Shown here piece by piece: positions 1 through 11,600 of a stretch of 64,000 bases of DNA (position 1 is the stretch's first letter; every line of letters starts with the position of its first letter). Source of the stretch: Eledone cirrhosa (Eukaryota); contig OZ024741.1 of NCBI GenBank assembly GCA_964016885.1, positions 157,914,001 through 157,978,000 of the forward strand, written 5' to 3'. The position numbers and the translations under genes were made by a program. The notes below the pieces were generated by a model. That model made no database searches and was not told the DNA's origin. It was given only the letters and a program-made list of their open reading frames with translations.

Positions 1-68
1 GATAAAATAGAGTACCAGTAATGCACTGGGTAATTGCTGGCCTTGTGCCAAAAGTAGAAACAATTATT
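1..68 (+). mobile_element. tRNA-derived SINE, 3' part (window edge)
   Basis: gataaaatagagtaccagtaatgcactgggtaattgctggccttgtgccaaaagtagaaac matches the 3' half of the SINE seen elsewhere in the window. Confidence 0.8.
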
Positions 69-546
69 ATATATTCAATTTAATTATACAAATTTGGATA
101 AATTTGTGATTCTATAAGATTCAGTAATATGCCAGTCTGAGATCTGTGTCACAAATGGCTGCCCAGTTAGCCTTAAGGGTAGCAGAGGCCCTGATCAGGA
201 TTCTGGGATGAACAAAAGGTCTGTTTTTATGGGACCCTCTTGAAGACAACCAGAGTAATAATCAGCTCTATTATAGTTAGTGCCAGAATGGCTATTCCAA
301 TGTATATGGAGACTAGCATTATGATACACGAAATGAAGATGTATTAAGGCTCTTGGAGTTTTTGTAACAATAACGTCAGGAAACTAGCTAACCACTGATC
401 ACCTATCAAGCAGGAAAACTTGCAAACCAGATAGATTTCATGCTCAATGGAAAACGGGTGTGACAGAAACATGTAAATACTAAGCTTTCTCCCAATAAAG
501 AAGGTATCACTCAACATAACATAGCTAAGTGATTAGTCACTTCTAA

Positions 547-1467
547 TCTATCTATCTATATATATAAAACTGTGGTTGTCTGTCTGTCTATCGATTTTTG
601 GCACACATCTCCTCTTAGAATCTCTCACGGAATTGCACCGAAATTGCTATACTTGTACATTGAGCCCTAGCGAAGACATCGGAAAAAAAATATTTCAAAT
701 TGACCCACCCTATGTGACGAAATCGAATATAATGTATCGATTTTTGAGCGTAAGTTATCAGTTATTTCCCTTTGTTCTGTTTACATTGAGCGTCTTACGT
801 AAAAAATTACGCTGGCTTTCTCAGCGGTTAAAATGACATTAACACAATACACGAACAGACAGTTGTCGAGCCAGCAAAATATTGACCTGCAAAATTCATC
901 AGTTCGAACACTAAGCTTCCGTTTTGCTTCATTTCCATTTAAAAGCATTTTAAAACAATATTTTTACTTGAAAACAAGTCTATTTAAAGACTACGTAAAA
1001 CAAGCAAATATTTCGTCGTTAGGCGTGCAGACACAGTCGTACAGACAGACAGTCGTGCAGAGAGGTGATATAGGCGTGCAGACAGACAGTCGTGCAGAGA
1101 GGTGATATAGGCGTGCAGACAGACAGTCGTGCAGAGAGGTGATATAGGCGTGCAGACAGACATAACTGATAATTTGGTTACGCTAATGTTTTTCTCTGCG
1201 TTGCAGTGTTTACATTTTCGATCTTTGTTAATAAATAACCAGTGCAGTTTCTATCCCCAGCATCCTCTTTTGTTATAACATTTGGGTTATCGTTATGTTT
1301 TCTTAACTTCATAAGGCATATTGTTGGTTGAGGGAATATTAATCAAAAACACCACATGCAAGTCTGCACAGTAGACACTACAGTTTTTAAGCCAAAAAAG
1401 AAACTTAACATTGTAACTTTAACACAGCTACTGAGCGACCCCGAGCAACGCCGGGCTTTACTGCTAG
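547..1467 (+). mobile_element. Non-autonomous Helitron
   Basis: 5' TC start after A (tctatctatctatatatataaaa); 3' GC hairpin cccgagcaacgccggg (1440-1455) about 8 nt before terminal CTAG followed by T; no TSD. Confidence 0.8.
1021..1161. repeat. 37-bp tandem repeat inside Helitron
   Basis: taggcgtgcagacagacagtcgtgcagagaggtgata, about 3.5 copies. Confidence 0.9.
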
Positions 1468-2189
1468 TTAAGAGATAAAACAGTGGTTTCTTCAGTTCCT
1501 CCTATTTTATGATTTGTCATCTAGTACTATTACAAGAAAGGGGAGTAGTCAAAGACCTATAACATAGAATACATCTGGGAGTTTCTTCAAGATAGCTTGC
1601 TGCATATAACAGACTAGACCAATAGTTGGAGAAAGGTTCTAACCAGATGAGGGGAGGGAGATGCAAGATACAGACATTTTGGCAATGCTCAGTGAGCTGC
1701 ATGACTGAGCTGGGAAAACACACTTCTGGTCTTCAGCAGTCTGTTAGTGAGTGTCACTTTAACTGAGTAATAAAGCACACCTTTGGCCCTCACCAGTTTG
1801 TTAGTGCTGCTTTGATACTTTGGACAGTTTTATGACCCTGTCCACATCTTGAGATATGGTAGTAGACTGGTATAGTTACGAGTTATAAATGCTAAAAGAT
1901 AGGTCTGGAAAGGATTGAAGAAAAGTAGGAGCAAAGAAGAATATAAGGTAGTTAGAGGAGAAGCTACACATAAACAGTTTGTTAATGTTCTGTAGCCTCA
2001 GGATCAGAAATATGTGATGTTCTGGATTACAAAGCAATGGCACAGCTGCTGGGGAATGTGCATGCAATGGTAGCGGTATATTTGGCCTCACTAATGTCGA
2101 AAATGTTGGGCAGTATGGTTTCTTCTGGTCAGTTTCATAACATATTGGTGTTCATCTGGGTAGGTTATTGGCCCTCTGCAGAATAGTCA

Positions 2190-3940
2190 AATGATGGGGC
2201 TGCCATCTTGGCGGTGAGCTGACACGCAGCGGGTCACTGTAGGTCTGGAACCTCCCTGGGAAATCGGCCTGCCTAGGGTGACCCTAACTGGAGCAAAGCT
2301 CCATGTGGTAATGCTCTCTTGGATTTACTGAACGCACAAACCCCCTCACTATAACAAGGCCAGACCCAGGAGGGTCTGGTGTAGGATACCAATGGCAACA
2401 TCATCACCACTGAAACCACCTGCCTTGAATGCTGGAAGGAGCACTTCAGCCTTTTTTTACATCACCCACCCATCCCAATTGATCCCTGCCTAGCCATTAT
2501 GGTTGCAGCTAACAACTTCTGAAGACTTGATCCTTTTAGTCCCGATGAAGTCAGAGCCGCCTTGAAGAAGTTCAAAAATCACAAAGCCCCTGGAATCTGC
2601 ACTACCACTGTGGAGATGTTGAAGGTGGATGGCGATAACATGATCCAGTGGCTCACCCATATCATCAACCATGTATGGATGTCAGAGCAGCTCACAAATG
2701 ACTGGACCCAAGGCATTCCCCCACTTCTGGAAATGGAAGAGCAACAAACTCATCTGCAGCAACTACAGGGGCATCAACCTTCCCTCCATTAGAAGTGGAC
2801 GTCGCCCACAAGCCGGATTCATGCCTAATCGATCCACTGCCGACCACATTCTTTCCTCTGCCTCATTATTGAAAAATCTAAGGAGTTCCGTAGAGATCAC
2901 TGCCCCTACATTGCCTTCATCACCCTCAAGGCAGCTTTCAACACAGTCAACCATGCATCCCTCTAGAAAATTCTCCAACTTTTCAGCGTGCTTCTCAAGA
3001 TCACCAGCCTGTTCCAACAGCTCTATAACTGTGCCAAGAGCAGCATGCAGGTGAACAGGAAGGACTCTGACTGTCTCCCCATCGACAGTGAGGTCAGACA
3101 GGGCTGCGTGGCTGCCCCGACCTTTTCAACTGTGTTATTGGTTATCGAGAACACGGATGGCACCACCCTATCCCACAACTCGATCATTCAGCTCAGAGAC
3201 GCATTGACCATATACGAGGAAGAATCAGCAAAGCTTGGCCTTCAGGTAATCTGGGCAAAGACAAAGCTGATACATGTCAGCAATGGCCTGGATTCTCCTC
3301 TGATCATATTAACCCTGGTGCCATGAAGTTTGTCAGCTCCTTCATTTATCTGGGCTCAACTGTCACCAGCAATAGAGACCTGACCCCAGAGAACAACTGC
3401 AGATGCGACCTGGTTGCCAAGATCATGCACTCCCTATGGAATCTCCTTTGGTGCCACTGCTCAATCTCCCAAAATATGAAGCTCCATATTTACAACACCT
3501 CAGACCTCTCCGTTCTCTACGGAGCAGAAATATGGCCCCTCACAAAGATCCTGGCAAAAAGGATCGACAGCTTTGATAGTAGAGCAATGAGGACAATCAA
3601 AAACATCAGATGGCACCACCACATTTCCAAGAAAGTATTGCGTGTGCACAGGCATCAGCCCACAGCTTCCCACCTCATAGCTATCTGCTGCATGCGCTGG
3701 CCTTACTCTCGTTTGACACAGTGGTTGCAGGCCCTGCACCAGATGGCTAGATGTCATCAGGGAAGATCTCCAGACTCTCGACATCACCGGACTCTCGACA
3801 TCACCTTGGAGGATACAGAAGAGCTGACACAGGTACGCCAGTGATGAGGATGCTTGTGGACCTGGTCAACTATATGCATGCTGATGCTTCTGGGATCGTC
3901 GGCTTAGGTTGACCCCAGCCTCTTTGAGCAAGAAGATGAA
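2190..3940 (+). mobile_element. Degraded RTE-clade LINE (5'UTR plus RT, endonuclease absent)
   Basis: Frameshifted RT motifs WKEHF, KAPG, NYRGI, QAGF..RST.DHI, RQGC, KTK, FIYLGS, LYGAE.W; short-repeat tail at about 3925-3942. Confidence 0.85.
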
Positions 3941-5454
3941 GATACAGAGACATGGAAATGCTACTAAAAGTGGTTGATGAATGTGGAAAAAGTGTGGGAG
4001 AGAGATGGACTACCCCAAGTTGACTCAACAGAGGAATCAGATATTGAAATTTAGTTATATGGTTATATACATGAAACCAGAAAAAGTAGCCTGACCTGGG
4101 ATAGGGAAAATATTTTCAGTAGGACAGGTATTAACTGCACAGTCAACCAAGTAGTTCAGGAAGGAATGATGTTGCCATGATTAGCATAACAATATCATCA
4201 TTAACTGTTACAATTGCAAAGGAGATCCTCTAGAAGCAACTACAACAGCATCAAACTAGTAGATTAACTTGTGAAAGTAACAAAGATTTATACTACACCA
4301 ATGCCCTCTTCTTCTACATTAAAAATGTATTGTGTCCTTCTTTGAAATTGTAGAATTGTAGATATGCTAATCATACTATTAGATGGATTGAATATATATG
4401 TATATATAATTATATATCTATATATATATATATATACTTGGTATGAATTGAAGTTGTAGCTGCAATATAGCAGATGTGTGTATATGTATTTATATATATA
4501 TATACAGAGAGAGAGAGAAATTAATAAATCACATGAATACACCAAATTCGCAATTGAAGGATTAACATTTATTACGTAACCTAAATATAGGTTTATCAAG
4601 GTAGATGCATGTTGGCGTGGGTCTATATATAAATAACGCAATTGCACAAGATGATAGGTATATTGTTACCTTGTTAACCACCTTGCTGGTAGTACAGTTT
4701 CATGTATTAAGGTGGTATTGCACATGTGATGCCAGTTTGCACAACAGATCGAATGATCAAACTGTTGGTGAGATGCATGTGAGACAATAACAAAACAAAA
4801 AATAAAATAGAAAGGAAAAATGTATAGTCGTCTTTCGACAAAAAGAAAGATAGATACTTACAAAATTATGACTAGAAATAAATGGACAGCAGACAGTGCA
4901 TGTATTTATGCAACACAAGACACCAGAAGCTGGAGAAATTAACTTTCATTGGTGAGATGGGGAGTGAAGAAAAAGCATGAATGGCATATTCCAGAAATCT
5001 AAGCTGAATTAATGGCATGGCGGTAGGAAGCAGACAGACAAGCAATAGTGGGGAAAATAAGGAAAAAGAGGAGGAGGAATGAACAGAGAGAAAGAAAGAA
5101 GGAATAACAGAAGGGGTCTGATGCCAGTATAAACAAAATTAGGTTTATCAAGGTGTGTTGGTGTGAATATATATAAATAAAGTATCAGCAGAAAGTGCAA
5201 ACAGTTAGCTGCATTTTCTACTAATATATTTAATTATATTATTCTCTTGCCATATTTGCCCTTCCTCCTATCTCCTCTATCTAAGAATTGCTTAAGTGTG
5301 ACATTCCATTGTTATTGATCACCATTAATGACCATTCCACCAGCTTTTCTCAAATAACACTCCTAGCCTATTGGTTGGAACAAGTTACGTAATTTCACAC
5401 ATCTCCATCAGAACATGACACCTGATTAACAAACTACGTGACCAAACTACTGTG

Positions 5455-5660
5455 AATTCCTGCCTATCACCCTAGGTTGGAAGAAGCCCAGCAATAGACC
5501 CTGCATCAGATGGCTGGACGTGATTAAGGAAACTCTCCAGAGGCTTGTCGTCACTTTGGAGAATGCAGAGGGGGCTCGCATAGGACCACCAGCGATGGAG
5601 GGCACTGGTAGACCTGGTTGGTTCTACACATGATGACCCCAATCTCATCAAGCAAGAACA
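5455..5660 (+). mobile_element. 5'-truncated copy of the same RTE LINE 3' end
   Basis: Similar to 3730-3935 (ccctgca.cagatggct.ga.gt, tggag.at.cagag, gacctggt). Confidence 0.65.
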
Positions 5661-6164
5661 ATAAATAGAGTTAGATATCAGTAGTACCCTTGAGAAAATT
5701 TAAGAGAAGCTGAAACCACATAGCTCATGGTCAGGATTCAGTACCCTTCATCATAAGCCATCTCAGATCCTTGTTCTCAACTATATTCAGATCACCAGTA
5801 TTTACATGCCCCACTTCCTGGTCACAGAATCTAGACCTTTCACAGTCGCATAACCCATCGCAAACCTTCCCAAATTCCTCGGTGCTAATATTCGCTAAAT
5901 ACTTATTGTTGTTAAATAAAATCCTCCCGATCTTAAGTCATTATGAATAACTGATGCTAATTCTCCTATCTCATATCTCCTTGGGCAAACATCTATGTAC
6001 TTTCCTATTTCTAAAAATCGAATTCAATCGCCCAGCCTATCCAGTGATTTATTAACGAATGGAATATTGAAAATTCCACTTTGGTCTTTCTATTTTTATC
6101 CTTTGCGTCCTTAAGTAATCTATTGCAGAAACTATCTTCCAGAAAACTAACCTCAGATATCTAA

Positions 6165-6175
<11 letters not shown>

Positions 6176-6214
<39 letters not shown>
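6176..6214. repeat. (GT)n microsatellite
   Basis: Direct observation. Confidence 0.95.
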
Positions 6215-6216
<2 letters not shown>

Positions 6217-7171
6217 TGAAAAAATATGAAAGGAAGGTCACTCTTGGCTATTCTTAGACATTGGGCGAAAGAAAAATAAGGCTGAGAAATAAAGGAGGTA
6301 AATATGACTTGCATGTATCTCTATACATGTGACACTACTCATATATACTTGAATACATAAACACTTATATATAACTTATATATATACAAATATACATAAG
6401 CACTTATAAGTACAAATGTATATACATATGAGCATACGCATAATACATGCACACACAAATGTAAATATAGACAAATAAGCAAAAAGTCAATGTGGAAAAT
6501 TAACACAGGGCAACAATACAGTACAATGGTGATCTATATTAGTTTAAAGTTTGATATAGTAGGAAAAGTCTTAATGTTTCAGTTGTTAATCTTTCGTCAG
6601 AAGATAAAATGAAAGATAGAAGAAGAAATAGAAAGGCTGAAGAGAGTAAGTGAAGGAAGAAACAGGAAAGCATTTCTGAATGGAAGCACATGTTTAGTAG
6701 TGAAGAAGAGTAAAGAAAATATAGGAAACCAGAACCGAAGATAACAGTGAGGAGAGAAGAGAATAATGGGAGAGAAAGTGGTATTAATACATGGGATATT
6801 GGTGTAATGCAAATAGCAGTGAGAAAAGTCCTGTAATCTGAAGATTTATCCAATTAGAAGATCAAATAGAGACCAGGTTAAACCCAGTTCCAGGGTGAAA
6901 TTCTAATGTATGAATTCAGAGTGTCCATGTAAGTGTCGATATATATATTTGCAAAAATTCAACACATATACACACACACACACACATATATGTAAGGAAA
7001 ATGGTTTTAAAAAAGGGTTTGAAAAGTGCACCCGGATCTTTATATGTACAAAAATTGATGTTTAGCAAAGCCTGCTCTCTGTTTTGGATTATCAAAACAT
7101 TTGTTTTTAGGTTAATTTTTTTTTTTCTCCTTAAAACTCCTGAAAACTGATTCTTGACTACATTGGTCAAG

Positions 7172-7377
7172 AGAGTTAATTCCACAACAATTACCAAACC
7201 ATACTTGAGAACATTTGTTTCCCCTAAAAAGGATTTTCAACTCATAACATGAACAGAAGTATTTATGAGTTCTTAAATACTTCTGTTCACACTATAATCA
7301 TACACCAGTTGAAAATCCTTTTTAGGTGAAACGCATGTTCTCAAGTATGGTTTGGTAATTGTTGTGGAACTAATTCT
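7172..7377. repeat. Imperfect inverted repeat of about 205 bp
   Basis: Outer arms ttccacaacaattaccaaaccatacttgagaacat...ggattttcaact and its reverse complement; inner 16-bp stem 7250-7265/7274-7289. Confidence 0.9.
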
Positions 7378-8411
7378 ATACCCAACTCATCCATTGGACT
7401 GAATGCTCTACCATCTTTTGATATAACCTTCGGATCTTTCACTATACTATATATATATATAGTATAGTGAAAAACCCGTGCACACACACATATCTATCTA
7501 TCTAATCTATCTTTATATATATATAAATAAAATAGCGGGCTGTGTAGTTGCAATTAAGTATAAATATATATAAAGATAGATTAGATAGATGTGTATGTGT
7601 GTACACACATATACACATGCATAGATATGTGCATAAACCAAAACATAGACATATGTCCTACTCATAGACAGATGCACATATATATAAAATATACCCGCAC
7701 ATATGGACAACCATGCCCATACATACATGCCTACCAATAAGTATGTATTCTCCTATGGTCTGGTCTCTTCCCAGCCTCATTGCTGATACTCAAGAACCAT
7801 GGACAATAGTACCACTGCTAATTTATATGATGTATGTCCATAATACTCATTTGGAAAAAGTTGATGTCAGTAGGTCCCGAATCCTTGTCAGACCATTACT
7901 TGGAAGCTGGCTACCGATCTGCAACTCATTCACCTTCATCACAAGGATAAAGCTGTTGACCATTTGAAAGGTTGTCACCTGCATGACTCAGGTGTCCTAT
8001 CTTCCCCAGTTTTGAAATCAGAATGATCCTTCTCCTAGACAGACTACTTGCTAAGACTAACAAGCTCTGTCTCCCTTCTTTTTTTTTTTTACACACTAAT
8101 GGAGGGCTGTTGACTCTCCTGAGTTCCTCTAGTATTGATCTACTCATCAGACCTGTGAACTCAAATCCACACATCTGATAATTATCAGAACAATACTGGA
8201 GTCAGGTTTATCACATCAATAAAAAATCTCAAACCAATCATCTATGAAACATATGTAATGTTCGATATGCAATAAAAATATTTTAAAGTGAAACTTCATT
8301 ATCTCATACATAATATATACACTCTACTGTAGCATCCAGGGCTCATATTGGTGCCACCTCGAGTAATCAACAAAATTACTGAACAACCTACAATTTTTAT
8401 GTTTGTGTGTG

Positions 8412-8442
<31 letters not shown>

Positions 8443-8510
8443 ATACACACGCACATACATTCATTCAAAGACACTGTATTAATTAAATATTTTATTTGTT
8501 TTTGTTGCAG

Positions 8511-8629
8511 CTGAACAAGTTGTTTCCTCTGGTCCCCCATCACTTCAAGAGAAACTAAGGCAAAGAGCTATCCAAGAACTTATCTCAACAGAAGAATCAT
8601 ACATGCATGCCATGTCTATTGTTAATGAG
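8511..8629 (+). CDS. ITSN1: Intersectin exon (DH start)
   Basis: ttgcag| acceptor, |gtaaat donor; [40 protein letters not shown]. Confidence 0.9.
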
Positions 8630-11600
8630 GTAAATCATTATGATATGCTTTTATGTTACCTATTATATACTAATGGATCTATGATGGCAATAGCATGGAA
8701 CATATTTAATTTTTAGAGTCCAGGATTGATTTGCCAATATATACCAGGATTATTTGATATATGAATAATCATACAAACTGGTAAATTTGCATATCAATAA
8801 ATTAATTGTTTGTATAAGAGAAACCCTATAATTTATCTTGAGGACTGACATAGAATTGATTAAATATATGAATAATTTATTTCTAGGATATAATTTTGTT
8901 CAGCATGTATGTGCAAATAACATTCAAGATTAAATGTATGAGTAATTTTGGGGAAATAACTTTTTACATGGACCAATGTAGAGTTGGAACCAATGACCTT
9001 TTGATTAGAAGACAAACTTCCTATTGTAGGAACATTACTGGGTTAGGAAATACATTCTGTGTTAATGTGTGTATGTGTAAATTGTAAGCAATTAGAAACG
9101 GAAGTGTATATTTAAAGATGCAAACAAACACATGGCATATCATTATGTTTAATTCTTTTACTCTACTTATTTCTAAAACAATTATAACATACTCTGTGCT
9201 ATTGCATGTATGTGAACATTGAAGGTGTCTGACTTAGTGATTAGGGTGTTGGACTCATGATCATAAGGTTGTAGGTTTGAATCCTGGATTGGGCAGCATG
9301 TGGTGTTCTTGAGCAAGATGCTTCATTTTATGTTGGGTTTCATGATAGGACTGGATCCTCTATCATTAAAGTACTCAAGAAACCTACTATAAGATACAAA
9401 CTTGTAGGAGATCAGCTAAACCTACATAGTTGTGAGTTGTAGCAACAATATGATAAGACTATTACCCCTATCATTAATCATTAAAGCACCTGAGAAACCT
9501 CCTATAAGACACAACCTCATACAAGGCCAGCTAAACCTACAAGGTGTAAGATGTAACAATATAATAGAACTGGGGCACCTATCATTAAAACACCTGAGAA
9601 ATCTCTTGTATGGTGTAACCTTGTAGGGGGTTAGCTAAACCTGTATAGGAGTGAGCTTTGAATTTGTTTGTTATTCTTTTTTCATTTCATTTCTGCGTAG
9701 ATGGAATTGAATAGGCATTGAATTCAGAAACTTTTATTGGACATAATTCTACAGACAGAAGTTTGGAGAGTTTATTTATGTTTTCCTCTATTTTATCTAG
9801 ATAAACTAAAATTAAATATTAAGATAGTTGAAAAACCAGGTACTCCCATAAAATCCTTAATTAATAGAACTTATCCTTTTGAAAAAAAAAAAAAAATGCA
9901 CTGATAGGAAATGTATAGTCTATAAATTAAAGCCACAGATTAACTGCAAAATTAGGAATGTAGTATATAGCATAAGATATACGGAGGCAAAAGTGGATAG
10001 GAATAGGAACACAACTTACATAGGTGAGACAGCGTAGGAGAAAGGATAAAAGAATATTGGTGAGAACTCCAAGATGGGCAGAACTCATTAGTACTCCACC
10101 AACAGGCTAAAATGGAACATGGAGGCACATTAGAGAACATAGAAATAAAGATCATATCCACACACAGAAAAGACGCAGTGCTCCAACATTACAGAAGCAA
10201 CAAATATAAACAAACTACAACCAAAATTAAACAGAAAACATGAGTAGAATAGCAAGGTGAACAGTGAGCTGTACTGATGAAGGGTGATACCCAGAAACAT
10301 TAGTGTCTGCAGTTCTGTTTACAGGCCAACAAAAGAGCAAGAATGAAGGGTTCATTCTACTGACATGGCTTTAAAACGAATCAAATGTTGTTATTAATAT
10401 TCGAAAAACTCAGATTATATATATATATGCAACAACTGTAATAACACACGATTATATATATATATTTATCGGTGGTGGTGACACCACTCGTGTCCGAGTT
10501 TGGTTCATCTGCCACCTCCACACTGCTTGAAACTGACATGGCTCAGAAGGCCAAGCAGGAGTGGAACAACGAAAATGAATTGCTCTTCACCAGGATTGAC
10601 TGTCCATGGCTTCTGTTTCCCAGTTAAGGCTGATTCCAGTTTGAAGGAGGGAAGATTTCAGTTGATCTTTGAATCTGTATTTTGGAACTCCATGATGTCA
10701 TTTGCTGTAGGATATACATATGTGTTAATTTATCTGTTGCTACTGCTGTGCTCTTTTCTGTGTGTCCACTTTTCCACTACAGCACTCAACAGCTTCTCTT
10801 TTCCCATCTCCAGCTCAGAATACCCCTTCATCTCACTCAGTCATATCCAAAGCTTTCCTGAGATTTTGTATTAATACTGACCACCCTTATGTCTATCATG
10901 TAAACAATCTTTTGATGGCCAATGTATTCCTCCAGCTATCCAGCGAGCATACCATTTTGGATGTGGCCATCCTCTATGCAGTAGATGTAAGCCTGCAGTC
11001 TTCACTGTCTGAGCAGAGTGTACATGCTGGAAGGTCCAACAGATGAACAGAATCATTGTGTTGGTCACTCTTTCTTGCCCAGGTATATTTGGTACACATT
11101 CGGTGTTCCTCAAGGGGAATGTGTTCAGTCTGATTGCCTCTTCACTGTAGATAATACTATACCATTTCAACAGTGTTACCATCCTCTTCACTATAGTTAA
11201 CCCTTTAGCATTTACATTACTCTATATTTTCTATTGTATTTTCATGGTAAAGACTTTATCTCATATAATTATCTCACATAATATTGAATCTATGAGATTT
11301 TGATATTAAATCTTTTGAGAACAGTACCTTAACATCAGTGTGAGTAGCAAGTTTGAACAGGAAGCGGTGAAAGTATTATGTTCGTATACAGCCGGTTTAA
11401 ATGCTAAAGGGTTAATATATTTCATTTCTACAGTAATACTATCCCCTTCACTATAGATAAAAATATACCATTTCTACAGTAATACCACTCCCTTCACTGC
11501 AGTTAATATTATACCATTTTTACAGTATTACTGTAGTTACTGTTGTACCATTTCTACAGCATTACCTTCCTCCATGTACAGTGTTTCATATATCATATTA

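Noticed and set aside
1-8510. Upstream intersectin SH3 exons
   Set aside because: No SH3-like translation with splice sites found by eye; region treated as intron.
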